Part shown: one piece after another, positions 55,542 to 64,000 of the stretch
Position numbering within the stretch: the first letter of the stretch is position 1
How the letters are laid out: every line of letters begins with the position of its first letter
NCBI GenBank assembly: GCA_002315325.1
Contig: DCGU01000054.1
Coordinates: 24,078 to 88,077 of the forward strand
DNA from: Clostridiales bacterium UBA1770
GTDB taxonomy: Bacteria > Bacillota > Clostridia > Oscillospirales > CAG-272
DNA length: 64,000 nucleotides
Direction of reading: 5' to 3'
Position numbers and translations under genes: made by a program
The notes under the pieces: model-generated
The model's input: only the letters and a program-made list of their open reading frames with translations
What the model was told of the DNA's origin: nothing
Databases searched by the model: none

Positions 55542-55749
55542 GGGGCTAGGAAAAAAGGAGTCAGAATCGTCGTTCTTCACCCCGTTAGCTGTACATCCGT
55601 ACTGCGAGGGGTGAAAACGGCGATAAGGAAAGCACGTCTTTTACCTTGATTTCGTTTACTGATTTTGACATATATAATTACATTAAGTGTTGACCAAGAT
55701 AAAACAAATCATTCTTTGCTTTCCTGGTCTGGCCCTTTTTTACAGCCCC
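55542..55749 (+). repeat. Structured inverted-repeat element, copy D (208 bp)
   Basis: Abuts copy C with a 1-nt gap. Its terminus CTTTTTTACAGCCCC overlaps the last 3 codons and stop of udk. Confidence 0.85.
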
Positions 55750-56360
55750 GTTATTTTATCCTTTAGTAAAGCCCACAACATCCCAAACGCCGCCTCATTC
55801 TTCCCGCCCTGCCGGATGATGATATCCGCATACTCGCGTGAGGGTGCCACGAACAGGTCGTGCATGGGTTTGACGGTGGTTTCATATTGCAATAAAATGG
55901 ACTCCAGTGAACGCTGCCGCTCTACCATATCGCGGCGAATGCGGCGAATCAGGCGGATATCGTCGTCGGTATCCACGAATACCTTAACGTCCATATGGTC
56001 CCGCAGCCGCTCGTCGGCCAAAATCAAAATACCGTCGATAAGGATAACGGGCTTGGGCTCAATCCGCACGAATTTGTCGGAGCGGTTGTGTATTGTAAAA
56101 TCGTATACCGGGCAATCCACGGCCTCGCCCCGCTGCAGCGCCTCCAAATGCGTCAAAAGCAGTTCGGTTTCGTAAGCGTCGGGATGGTCATAATTGACCT
56201 TGGCGCGCTCGTCGTAGGTTTTACCTACCTGGTGTCGGTAATAATTGTCGTGATAAATCAGGGCAACGTCGTTGCCGAATGCGGCAACGAGACGGTCGGT
56301 CAGCGTTGATTTGCCGCTGCCGGTACCGCCGGCGACGCCGATAATCAGGGGTTTCTTCAT
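55740..56360 (-). CDS. udk: Uridine kinase
   Basis: P-loop GVAGGTGSGKST and a DHPDAYE region. Confidence 0.92.
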   Translation of the reverse strand: MKKPLIIGVAGGTGSGKSTLTDRLVAAFGNDVALIYHDNYYRHQVGKTYDERAKVNYDHPDAYETELLLTHLEALQRGEAVDCPVYDFTIHNRSDKFVRIEPKPVILIDGILILADERLRDHMDVKVFVDTDDDIRLIRRIRRDMVERQRSLESILLQYETTVKPMHDLFVAPSREYADIIIRQGGKNEAAFGMLWALLKDKITGL

Positions 56361-56418
56361 GGCAGAGTCTCTCCGATTCTTCCCTATATTTTGAATGCAA
56401 TCACGCGGCAGGCAGGAT

Positions 56419-57714
56419 TCAGAAAATCAACTGCGGTGCAGGAACGGGCCCATCCGACCACGTCAGGGCAGACGTGAAGCGTTTTGCTGCATCGGCAAAC
56501 AGGGCCTCATTTGATGCGTACAGCGTGGCAATCGGTTCGCCTGCCTGTACGGCGTCACCCGTTTTGCGCTGCAAAACGATACCGGCCGCGTAGTCAACGT
56601 CGTCTTCCTTCTTCATGCGTCCCGCGCCGAGCATAACGGAGGCAATCCCGACGGCCTCGGCGTCCATATGGGCGATATACCCGGAGCACGGTGCCGTCAC
56701 AACGTACGACAAAGGCGCCTGCGGCAATTTGGACAAATCCTCGATGGCGGATACGTCACCGCCCTGGGCGGCAATCCACTCTTTCATTTTGCCGTATGCG
56801 GTGCCGTTTGTAATGGTTTCCCGCACCAGTCCGTCGGCCTGTTCCACCGAGATGCCCTGCACCATGGCGACCATATTGGCAGCCAAAACGACGCATACCT
56901 CATATAAGTCACCCTGTTTTTCGCCGCGCAAAATACGCACGGCCTCATCAACTTCCAGGGCGTTGCCGATATTGTTGCCGAGCGGCACGTCCATATTGGT
57001 CACAATGGCGCGCACGTCACGGCCGGCAAGACGGCCGATAGACGTCATTTCGTCAGCCAGAGCCTTGGCGTCCTGCGGCGTTTTCATAAAGGCACCGCTG
57101 CCGCACTTGACGTCCAGCACAATAGAGTGGGCGCCGGCCGCCATCTTTTTACTCATAATACTGGAGGCAATCAACGGCAGACAATCCACGGTTGCCGTAA
57201 CGTCACGCAGGGCGTACAGTTTTTTGTCGGCAGGTGCCAGTTCGGCGGAGTGGCCCACGACACTCATCCCCACGCGGCGCACGACGTCCAAAAACGCCTG
57301 TTCCGACATATCGGTTCTGAACCCGGGAATGGCGCGGAGTTTGTCGATGGTCCCGCCGGTGTGGCCCAGTCCCTCACCGGACATTTTGGCCAGTTTACCG
57401 CCGAGTGCGGCAACGATGGGGGAAATAATCAGCGTCGTTTTATCGCCGACACCGCCCGTGGAATGTTTGTCCACGGAAAGGCGGCCAAATTCAGACAGGT
57501 CAATGACGTCACCGGAACGCATCATGGCATCGGTCAAATCCGCGGTTTCCTCATGGTTCATACCGCGGCAGCAAATAGCCATACACAGGGCGGATGCCTG
57601 GTAGTCCGGAATATCCCCGTGCGTGTACCCATTTACGAAGTAGGCAATTTCCTCTTTTGACAATGCCTGCCCCATTTTCTTTTTTTGAATGACGTCATAC
57701 ATTCTGTACTGCAT
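56419..57714 (-). CDS. pdp: Pyrimidine-nucleoside phosphorylase
   Basis: HSTGGVGDKT and GLGHTGGTIDKL motifs. Start moved to ATG 57714 after GGAGG. Confidence 0.92.
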   Translation of the reverse strand: MQYRMYDVIQKKKMGQALSKEEIAYFVNGYTHGDIPDYQASALCMAICCRGMNHEETADLTDAMMRSGDVIDLSEFGRLSVDKHSTGGVGDKTTLIISPIVAALGGKLAKMSGEGLGHTGGTIDKLRAIPGFRTDMSEQAFLDVVRRVGMSVVGHSAELAPADKKLYALRDVTATVDCLPLIASSIMSKKMAAGAHSIVLDVKCGSGAFMKTPQDAKALADEMTSIGRLAGRDVRAIVTNMDVPLGNNIGNALEVDEAVRILRGEKQGDLYEVCVVLAANMVAMVQGISVEQADGLVRETITNGTAYGKMKEWIAAQGGDVSAIEDLSKLPQAPLSYVVTAPCSGYIAHMDAEAVGIASVMLGAGRMKKEDDVDYAAGIVLQRKTGDAVQAGEPIATLYASNEALFADAAKRFTSALTWSDGPVPAPQLIF

Positions 57715-57799
57715 ACAGAAAACCTCCGTTATAAGTATCGGCAGGGACCGCACACGTCACGTGTCCGCTCCCTGCCCTATTTTATGTAATAATTTCGTC

Positions 57800-58960
57800 T
57801 TATTTGAGCAAACGGTAAAAACTGCGGCCGACCGTTTCAAACGGCACGTCCAGCATTTCGGCCACCGTGGCGCCGATATCGGCGAAGCAGGGCCGCGTTC
57901 CCAGGTTCGTCGGCTTGATTTTTTTGCCGAACACCATCAGGGGCACGTATTCACGGGTGTGGTCGGTGGAAACGTCACCTGGGTCGCAACCGTGATCGGC
58001 CGTCACCATAAAGACGTCGTCCTCCTGCATGCCTGCCAAAAAGGTCGGCAGCCAGGTATCAAACTCGGCAATGGCCTTTGCATAGCCGTCCACGTCGTTG
58101 CGGTGCCCGTACAGCATATCCGTGTCCACGAGATTGATAAAGCACAACCCGCGGAAGTCCTTTTTCTGCACCTGCAGCGACGTTTGCATACCCTCGGTAT
58201 TGCCGTGGGTAAACAAGGTCTCGGTAATGCCGCGGCCGGCGAAAATATCCGAAATTTTACCGACGGCAATCACGTCTTGTCCTGCCGCCTTGACGGCGTC
58301 CAGCACGGTCGTGCCGGTCGGTTCCAGGGAGAAATCGTGGCGGTTGGCCGTACGGGTAAAATTGCCGGGGGTACCGACAAACGGGCGTGCAATCACACGG
58401 CCGACGGCATATTTTCCCGTCAGGATTTTGCGTGCCATGCGGCAGTATTCGTAGAGTTGTTCGGGCGGCACGAGATCCTCGTGCGCGGCAATTTGGAACA
58501 CGCTGTCGGCACTGGTATAGACAATTAAATTACCGGTTTTGAGGTGTTCTTCCCCGTAATCGGCAATGACCTGCGTGCCGGAATAGGGTTTATTGCACAG
58601 CACGCCGCGACCGGTTGCCGCGCTGAACGCATCCAGCACTTCTTTGGGGAACCCGTCCGGGAAGGTCGGCAACGGCGAGGGAGAGACGATACCGGAAATC
58701 TCCCAGTGTCCGATGGTCGTATCCTTGCCCATGGATTTCTCCCGCAAGCGGGCAACGGCGGCCGTCGGCGTCAGCGTAATGGCGGGACAGGTCACACCAT
58801 CAATATTGCCGAAGCCTGCTTCTTTCATATTTCGCATATCGAAATAGGGGGACCTTGTGATGGAACGGAGCGTATTGGCACCAACGTCGCCGAATGCGGC
58901 GGCATCGGGCTCTTCTCCGATACCGAAACTGTCAAGTACCAATAAAAATACGCGTTTCAT
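57800..58960 (-). CDS. deoB: Phosphopentomutase
   Basis: MKRVFLLVLDSFGIG N-terminus and TADHGCDP motif. Confidence 0.95.
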   Translation of the reverse strand: MKRVFLLVLDSFGIGEEPDAAAFGDVGANTLRSITRSPYFDMRNMKEAGFGNIDGVTCPAITLTPTAAVARLREKSMGKDTTIGHWEISGIVSPSPLPTFPDGFPKEVLDAFSAATGRGVLCNKPYSGTQVIADYGEEHLKTGNLIVYTSADSVFQIAAHEDLVPPEQLYEYCRMARKILTGKYAVGRVIARPFVGTPGNFTRTANRHDFSLEPTGTTVLDAVKAAGQDVIAVGKISDIFAGRGITETLFTHGNTEGMQTSLQVQKKDFRGLCFINLVDTDMLYGHRNDVDGYAKAIAEFDTWLPTFLAGMQEDDVFMVTADHGCDPGDVSTDHTREYVPLMVFGKKIKPTNLGTRPCFADIGATVAEMLDVPFETVGRSFYRLLK

Positions 58961-58962
58961 CG

Positions 58963-59715
58963 TTATTTACCTTCTTTATCCAATTTGACTGCCGTATTCA
59001 ACGCCAATTCCATCATATCGGTGAAGGAATTCTGACGTTCCTCTGCCGTGGTGGCCTCGCCCGTGAGCAGATGGTCCGAAATGGTAAAGACACCGAGCGC
59101 GCGCTTGCCGGCACGCGCCGCGTTCATATAGAGAGCGGCGCTCTCCATCTCGACGCACAGCACGCCCATTTTAGCCCACTGCGGCGTTCCCTTCAGGGCA
59201 TCGGGCAAACCCGCCTCGTCCCCGTAAAACGTGTCACTGGACAATACGTTGCCCACGTGGTAGTGCAGATTCATCTCTTTGGCGGTTTCCACGCAGGTGG
59301 ACAGAATCGTAAAGTCGGAAATGGGGGCAAAGGTGCCCGGCAAATGATATTGGTTGACAAAATTGGAATTGGTGCAGGCCCCCTGCCCGATGACGATATC
59401 ACGCACGTGGACCTTTTCCACCATACCGCCGGCGGAGCCGACGCGGATGATATTGTCCACACCGAAGAAGTTATATAACTCGTAGGAGTAGATACCGATG
59501 GAAGGCATACCCATACCGCTGGCCATGACCGAAACGCGCGTGCCGTGATAGGTACCGGTGTACCCCTGTACACCGCGCACGTTATTCACGAGCTTGGCAT
59601 CCGTCAAAAAGTTTTCGGCAATGAATTTGGAACGTAGCGGGTCACCCGGCATCAGCACGGTTTTGGCAAAATCCGCGGGGGAAGCATTTATGTGGGGGGT
59701 AGGATAATTACTCAT
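58963..59715 (-). CDS. deoD: Purine-nucleoside phosphorylase, DeoD type
   Basis: TPHI, LMPGDPLR, GMGMPS and VEMESAALY motifs. Confidence 0.93.
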   Translation of the reverse strand: MSNYPTPHINASPADFAKTVLMPGDPLRSKFIAENFLTDAKLVNNVRGVQGYTGTYHGTRVSVMASGMGMPSIGIYSYELYNFFGVDNIIRVGSAGGMVEKVHVRDIVIGQGACTNSNFVNQYHLPGTFAPISDFTILSTCVETAKEMNLHYHVGNVLSSDTFYGDEAGLPDALKGTPQWAKMGVLCVEMESAALYMNAARAGKRALGVFTISDHLLTGEATTAEERQNSFTDMMELALNTAVKLDKEGK

Positions 59716-59764
59716 AATTTAACTTCCTTTCTTTAACCTTTGAAAAATGCTCAATCCGTTTTGT

Positions 59765-59817
59765 GCGGTCTGTGCATTTTTCATGCGGCTTGTTTTATTA
59801 AAAAATGCACAGACCGC
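59765..59817 (-). other. Perfect 17-bp-stem hairpin between deoC and deoD
   Basis: GCGGTCTGTGCATTTTT, a 19-nt loop, then AAAAATGCACAGACCGC. No U-run follows on the transcribed strand. Confidence 0.7.
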
Positions 59818-59829
59818 GCAAAAATGTCA

Positions 59830-60498
59830 TCAATATCCCGACTGTTCGGGCATATTTTTGACGATTTTGACGATGCGGCTGGTGCCCAGGCGCGAAGCGC
59901 CGAGGGAGACGAACTTTTCCGCATCCTCCAGGGAGGAGATGCCGCCCGCTGCTTTGATTTTAACGTGCGGGGCGACGTGTGCGGCAAACAGGGCCACGTC
60001 GTCAAACGTTGCGCCGGCCTTGGAAAAACCGGTGGAGGTTTTGATGAAATCGGCGCCGGAGGCAGAGACGATTTCACACATTTTGATTTTTTCCTCGTCG
60101 GTGAGCAGGCACGTCTCGATAATCACCTTGAGCACGTGCGTGCCGCAGGCGGCCTTGATTGCCTTGATTTCCCCCAGCACTTCGTCATAGCGGCCGTCCT
60201 TGAGTGCACCGATATTGATCACCATATCGATTTCATCGGCACCGTTCTGGAGGGCATCCTGCGTCTCGAATACTTTGACTGCGGTGGTGGAATACCCGTT
60301 GGGGAAGCCGATGACCGTACAGATGGTCAGTTTGTCGCCGACGTAGTCCTTGGCAAATTTAACGTAGGACGCCGGGATACAAACCGACGCCGTGTGATAT
60401 TTCATGCCGTCATCGCAAATGGCGCGGATTTCCGCCTGCGTCGCCGTCTGCGACAGCAGCGTGTGGTCGCACATACCGAGAATTTTCGTTACGTCCAT
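59830..60498 (-). CDS. deoC: Deoxyribose-phosphate aldolase
   Basis: CDHTLL, LKVIIET and FIKTSTGF (Schiff-base Lys) motifs. ATG 60498 follows AGAGGGA. Confidence 0.93.
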   Translation of the reverse strand: MDVTKILGMCDHTLLSQTATQAEIRAICDDGMKYHTASVCIPASYVKFAKDYVGDKLTICTVIGFPNGYSTTAVKVFETQDALQNGADEIDMVINIGALKDGRYDEVLGEIKAIKAACGTHVLKVIIETCLLTDEEKIKMCEIVSASGADFIKTSTGFSKAGATFDDVALFAAHVAPHVKIKAAGGISSLEDAEKFVSLGASRLGTSRIVKIVKNMPEQSGY

Positions 60499-60527
60499 TT
60501 TAAATCCCTCTTTTGACAATCACTTTC

Positions 60528-61106
60528 TCAAACCTTTTGGTCTGCAATTTGTTTGCTCCAGCACTTGTGGCACATGGCAACGTATCTGTCGTTGCCGCCC
60601 AGCATAATTTGTGCGCCGTGGGTGATGATTTTCCCGTTGGCATCCAACCGGGCGTTGACGATCGCCTTGGACCCGCAGGCGCAAATGGTCTTGATTTCGG
60701 TGATGGAATCGGCGATTTCAAGCAGGCGCTGTGAGCCGGGGAACAGTTTGGTTCTGAAATCGGTGCGCAAACCGAAGCACAACACGGGGATATTGTCCTC
60801 GTCCACGATGGTGCGCAGGGCGTCGATCTGGGCGGGGGCCATAAACTGACACTCGTCCACAATGACAACGTCGATGCCGGGATGATCCACCAGGGCCGCG
60901 CGCACGTCGAAGTCTGCGGCGACCACCTCTGCCTCGGCAGAGAGCCCTATGCGGGAACGGATGGTACTGACACCGTCACGGGAGTCCGTGGCCGGTTTGA
61001 GAAGCCAGACCTTCATGCCCCGCTCCTCGTAATTAAACTTTGTAATCAGCGCCTGTGCCGTTTTGCTGGACCCCATTGCGCCGTATTTGAAATATAACTT
61101 TGCCAT
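60528..61106 (-). CDS. tdk: Thymidine kinase
   Basis: P-loop GAMGSSKT, VIVDECQF and zinc-ribbon cysteines (CACG...CHKC). Confidence 0.92.
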   Translation of the reverse strand: MAKLYFKYGAMGSSKTAQALITKFNYEERGMKVWLLKPATDSRDGVSTIRSRIGLSAEAEVVAADFDVRAALVDHPGIDVVIVDECQFMAPAQIDALRTIVDEDNIPVLCFGLRTDFRTKLFPGSQRLLEIADSITEIKTICACGSKAIVNARLDANGKIITHGAQIMLGGNDRYVAMCHKCWSKQIADQKV

Positions 61107-61132
61107 GATTGCCTTCTCTTACTGTGAATTCG

Positions 61133-61166
61133 TTGAAAACACGGCGGCGACGCATCGCCGCCGTGT
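61133..61166 (-). terminator. Intrinsic terminator after the ABC permease genes
   Basis: ACACGGCGGCGA/TCGCCGCCGTGT stem followed by TTTTC on the minus strand. Confidence 0.65.
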
Positions 61167-61189
61167 CATTATTTTTGCGTGGAAAATCG

Positions 61190-62143
61190 TTAACGTTGAC
61201 CCTTATCGTAAGGGATACCTTCCGCCTTCGGGCAGCCGGACTTCTTGGCAGTCAGTGCCAGAACGACCAGAACGACGAAATACGGAATAATGTTGTAGAA
61301 ATACATGGGCATACCCAGGTTTTTGAAGAAATCGATGGAGGAAGAAACGGCACCGATGCACTTTAAGAATCCGAACAGGAAGGCACCGAGTGCGATACCG
61401 AGCGGCTTCCAGTTACCGAAAATCATGATGGCCAGGGCCAGGAAGCCCATACCGGCAACGGTACTTTCAGCCGTACCGCCCGCCGTTGTGGCGACGTAGA
61501 CGTAACCGCCGACGCCGGCCAAAGCACCCGAAATGGTGGTGCCGAGATACCGCATGGCAGCGACGTTGATACCGACGCTGTCTGCTGCCTGGGGATGTTC
61601 ACCGCAGGCACGCATACGCATACCGGTTTTGGTTTTATATACCCAAATCGACATAATCACGAATACGGCGATAATGACGTAGGTAGAAATATACGCCTTG
61701 TCCGTCAGAACTGCGGCGATGCCCTTGGAACCCTCGTTGATTAAAACGAAGTTCGTGGCCTTCAGGGGCACGATCTTTTCCTGGTTGAACAACAGCAGTG
61801 CCAGCGTATTGACGATGGCGGGTGCCAGCATATTCAGTGCCGTACCGCCGATGGTCTGGTCGGCCTTGAGTTTGATGGCCGAGAAGGACAAGAGCAACGA
61901 ATAGAGGGCGCCGGCTGCGGCCGCAATCAGCATAATGATGATATACATCAGCTGCGGTTTATCCGTCAGAATATCGCCCTTTTGGAACAAATACACAACG
62001 ATGCCGCCGATAAAGGCACCGAAAATCATTTCACCTTCCAGGGCCAGGTTGATGATACCGCTGCGTTCGGCAAACATACCGGCGAGCGCCACAATCAAAA
62101 GCGGGATTGAATAAATCAGCGTTTTTTGCAGAATGAACGTCAT
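61190..62143 (-). CDS. ABC transporter permease (BMP/nucleoside-type, NupQ-like)
   Basis: BPD_transp_2-type polytopic protein. Overlaps the upstream permease stop by 4 nt. Confidence 0.82.
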   Translation of the reverse strand: MTFILQKTLIYSIPLLIVALAGMFAERSGIINLALEGEMIFGAFIGGIVVYLFQKGDILTDKPQLMYIIIMLIAAAAGALYSLLLSFSAIKLKADQTIGGTALNMLAPAIVNTLALLLFNQEKIVPLKATNFVLINEGSKGIAAVLTDKAYISTYVIIAVFVIMSIWVYKTKTGMRMRACGEHPQAADSVGINVAAMRYLGTTISGALAGVGGYVYVATTAGGTAESTVAGMGFLALAIMIFGNWKPLGIALGAFLFGFLKCIGAVSSSIDFFKNLGMPMYFYNIIPYFVVLVVLALTAKKSGCPKAEGIPYDKGQR

Positions 62144-63435
62144 GCCTGTTTACCTCCTTCCGCATTTTCGGCATCGGGTTTGGCCGCTTCGTCGTCTTTT
62201 ACCGGTTCTGCCGAGGCGGGAGCAACCGCAGGGGCGGCAGGTTTATCGGGGTTCTTTTCCGGCACGGCGTTTTTCAATTTACGTTTGATGATATCGCGAA
62301 TCAGTTTGGAGAAACCGGCGAAGTAAATAATCAGAGCAATGATGATATCCGAGATATAGCGGTTAAAACCGGCGGAAACGAGGTTGTTACCGCCCTCACC
62401 CAGGTAGCGCAGGAACAGACCCGAGAAGATAACGCCGACGGGATTGTTGGAGGCCAACAGGGCGGCGGGAATGCCGTTGAAACCGTAATCGGGGAGTTTG
62501 GAATAGGCGGACGAGAATTTGAACTCGATACCGGGGTTCAAATAGTACAAGGCACCTGCCAGGGCGGCGAGACCACCTGCAATAGCCATGGACAGGATAA
62601 TATTACGTTTTTCGTTCATACCGGCGTACTTGGAGGCGTTGCGGTTGTAACCGCAGGCCTTGAGTTCGTAGCCGAACGTCGTTTTGTTCATCATGATATA
62701 CATAGCGACGGCCACAAGTACTGCGATGAAAATACCGATATCCAAATAGGAACCGCCGAACAGTTTGCCCAGTCCCAGGGTCGGCGTACCGTTGCCGGTT
62801 TGCGCCGTCGTAATGAGATACCCGGATTTACCGTGCCCGTTGTTAATCAGAGATTCCTTACCGTTAAAGAACCAGCTGACCAGATTGGCGGCAATCCAGT
62901 TGGTCATAATGCAGACGATAACCTCGTTGACGCCGAACAGGGCCTTGAACATGCCGGGGATAGCGCCCCACAGCATACCGAGGGCAATACCGACAAGAAT
63001 CGCCAACAGCCAAACCAAAAGGCCCTTAAAACCGCCCTCGGTTTTGAACGTCAGTGCCACGTACAAGGAGCCTGCCGTACCCATAAGGTACTGGCCGGGG
63101 GCACCGATATTAAACAGACCCGTTTTGAAGGCGATGGCCACCGACAAACCGGTCAAAATCAGGGGGACGGCGTAGAAGATCATATTGCCGAGATTGGCAA
63201 TCACGTATTTGAAAATACCGCTGGAGAACGGGCCGGCCAGCAAAATGCCGATGCCCTGAAAAGCCTGACCGATGGAAATCGTGTCGGACGTTGCAGCAAT
63301 CACCAGCATCACGATAAAGCCGATGACAATACCGCCCAAAATACAAATCAAGGAAGACAGGACGGACTGCACGCTGTCTTTGCGCAGGAAATCGACAAAA
63401 CCGTTGTTGCCTGTATTATTCTGTTCACGCTTCAT
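62140..63435 (-). CDS. ABC transporter permease (BMP/nucleoside-type, NupP-like) with a ~50-aa P/A/E/K-rich C-terminal tail
   Basis: Polytopic permease. Start moved to ATG 63435 (MKREQNN), which overlaps the ATPase 3' end. Confidence 0.8.
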   Translation of the reverse strand: MKREQNNTGNNGFVDFLRKDSVQSVLSSLICILGGIVIGFIVMLVIAATSDTISIGQAFQGIGILLAGPFSSGIFKYVIANLGNMIFYAVPLILTGLSVAIAFKTGLFNIGAPGQYLMGTAGSLYVALTFKTEGGFKGLLVWLLAILVGIALGMLWGAIPGMFKALFGVNEVIVCIMTNWIAANLVSWFFNGKESLINNGHGKSGYLITTAQTGNGTPTLGLGKLFGGSYLDIGIFIAVLVAVAMYIMMNKTTFGYELKACGYNRNASKYAGMNEKRNIILSMAIAGGLAALAGALYYLNPGIEFKFSSAYSKLPDYGFNGIPAALLASNNPVGVIFSGLFLRYLGEGGNNLVSAGFNRYISDIIIALIIYFAGFSKLIRDIIKRKLKNAVPEKNPDKPAAPAVAPASAEPVKDDEAAKPDAENAEGGKQA

Positions 63436-64000
63436 GTGCGGTTCCCTCCTCTCCTTCGTTTTGGCGTTTGGCGCCGGCCATATACAGACCGAGCGTTTGC
63501 ACGTCGACTTCTTTGGGATTGAATTCGCCGACGATTTCACCGCCGTGCATCACCAGGATGCGGTCGGACAGGTTCATAACCTCGTCGAGTTCCAGGGAAA
63601 CGAGCAGGATGGCCTTACCGGCATCGCGCTCTTTGACAATTTCACGGTGAATAAATTCGATGGCGCCGACGTCAAGGCCGCGCGTGGGCTGGACGGCGAT
63701 GAGCAAATCGTGTGCACGGCACATTTCGCGGGCCACGATGGCCTTTTGCTGGTTACCGCCGGACATGGAACGCGATATCGTAATCGGTCCCTGGCCGCTG
63801 CGCACGTCAAACTTTTCAATCAGCTCGGTTGCATACTCGCGTACTTTGTCAAAACGGATAAAGCCGTTCTTTTGGAACTGCGGCTCGAAATACTGCTGCA
63901 GGACGATATTGTTTTCCAGGCTGTAATCCAGCACCAAACCGTGCTTATGACGGTCCTCCGGGATGTGGCTCATACCGGACAGGCTGCGCCGACGGATGGA
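63425..64000 (-). CDS. ABC transporter ATP-binding protein (C-terminal NBD of a two-NBD sugar/nucleoside ATPase); continues past the right edge
   Basis: HIPEDRHKHGL, signature SGGNQQK and Walker B LLIAVQPTRGLD. The frame stays open to position 64000. Confidence 0.88.
   Translation of the reverse strand, partial: SIRRRSLSGMSHIPEDRHKHGLVLDYSLENNIVLQQYFEPQFQKNGFIRFDKVREYATELIEKFDVRSGQGPITISRSMSGGNQQKAIVAREMCRAHDLLIAVQPTRGLDVGAIEFIHREIVKERDAGKAILLVSLELDEVMNLSDRILVMHGGEIVGEFNPKEVDVQTLGLYMAGAKRQNEGEEGTAHEA

Noticed and set aside
53101-55749. Integron attC / gene-cassette interpretation of the four repeat elements
   Set aside because: The elements are longer than typical attC sites. GTTG-M-AC matches the GTTRRRY core only loosely, and no inverse core RYYYAAC is positioned symmetrically. 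No intI gene is in the window. The two enclosed genes share one ordinary promoter and have host-like composition.

Overview
This window looks like a high-GC chromosome segment (upper-50s % by eye) from a Clostridia-type Firmicute. Gene order and protein sequences resemble gut Oscillospiraceae/Ruminococcaceae, but the taxon is inference only. It is mostly core housekeeping. I call about 57 CDS, 2 tRNAs (Leu-GAG, Arg-ACG) and one glmS ribozyme. Landmarks, in order: Lrp regulator; a cysteine-rich repeat surface protein; rny; tgt; mutL-mutS-ylbF-like-miaB; two GH29 fucosidases flanking a GyrI-like/CDP-alcohol-phosphatidyltransferase pair; rluD-lspA-ileS; the dcw-tail genes ylmH-sepF-yggS; miaA-queA; fba; an O-antigen-ligase-family protein; a peptidase group (CocE/NonD, M32, M18); glmS; a TetR plus hydrolase pair; putP; a glycan-utilisation group (GH63-like, DUF218, GH43, orphan solute-binding lipoprotein, GDSL esterase); and a long nucleoside-salvage cluster (udk-pdp-deoB-deoD-deoC-tdk plus a BMP-type ABC importer). 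No CRISPR array, prophage, integrase, transposase, toxin-antitoxin or recognisable defence operon is visible. The unexplained signals are non-coding. (1) A four-copy family of ~205-253 bp elements has terminal inverted repeats and hairpins that carry compensatory substitutions between copies. The copies bracket a two-gene operon and supply the last codons and stop codon of two flanking genes (53.1-55.75 kb). (2) Two clusters of an AATGAAG/CTTCATT heptamer alternating with GC mini-hairpins each sit directly 3' of a tRNA terminator (17.83-18.08 kb and 31.14-31.32 kb). One adjoins an AT-rich insertion encoding an Avd-like four-helix-bundle protein. I recognise neither as a named family, but I could not search Rfam, ISfinder or run BLAST. 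All protein calls rest on motif recognition in the supplied translations.
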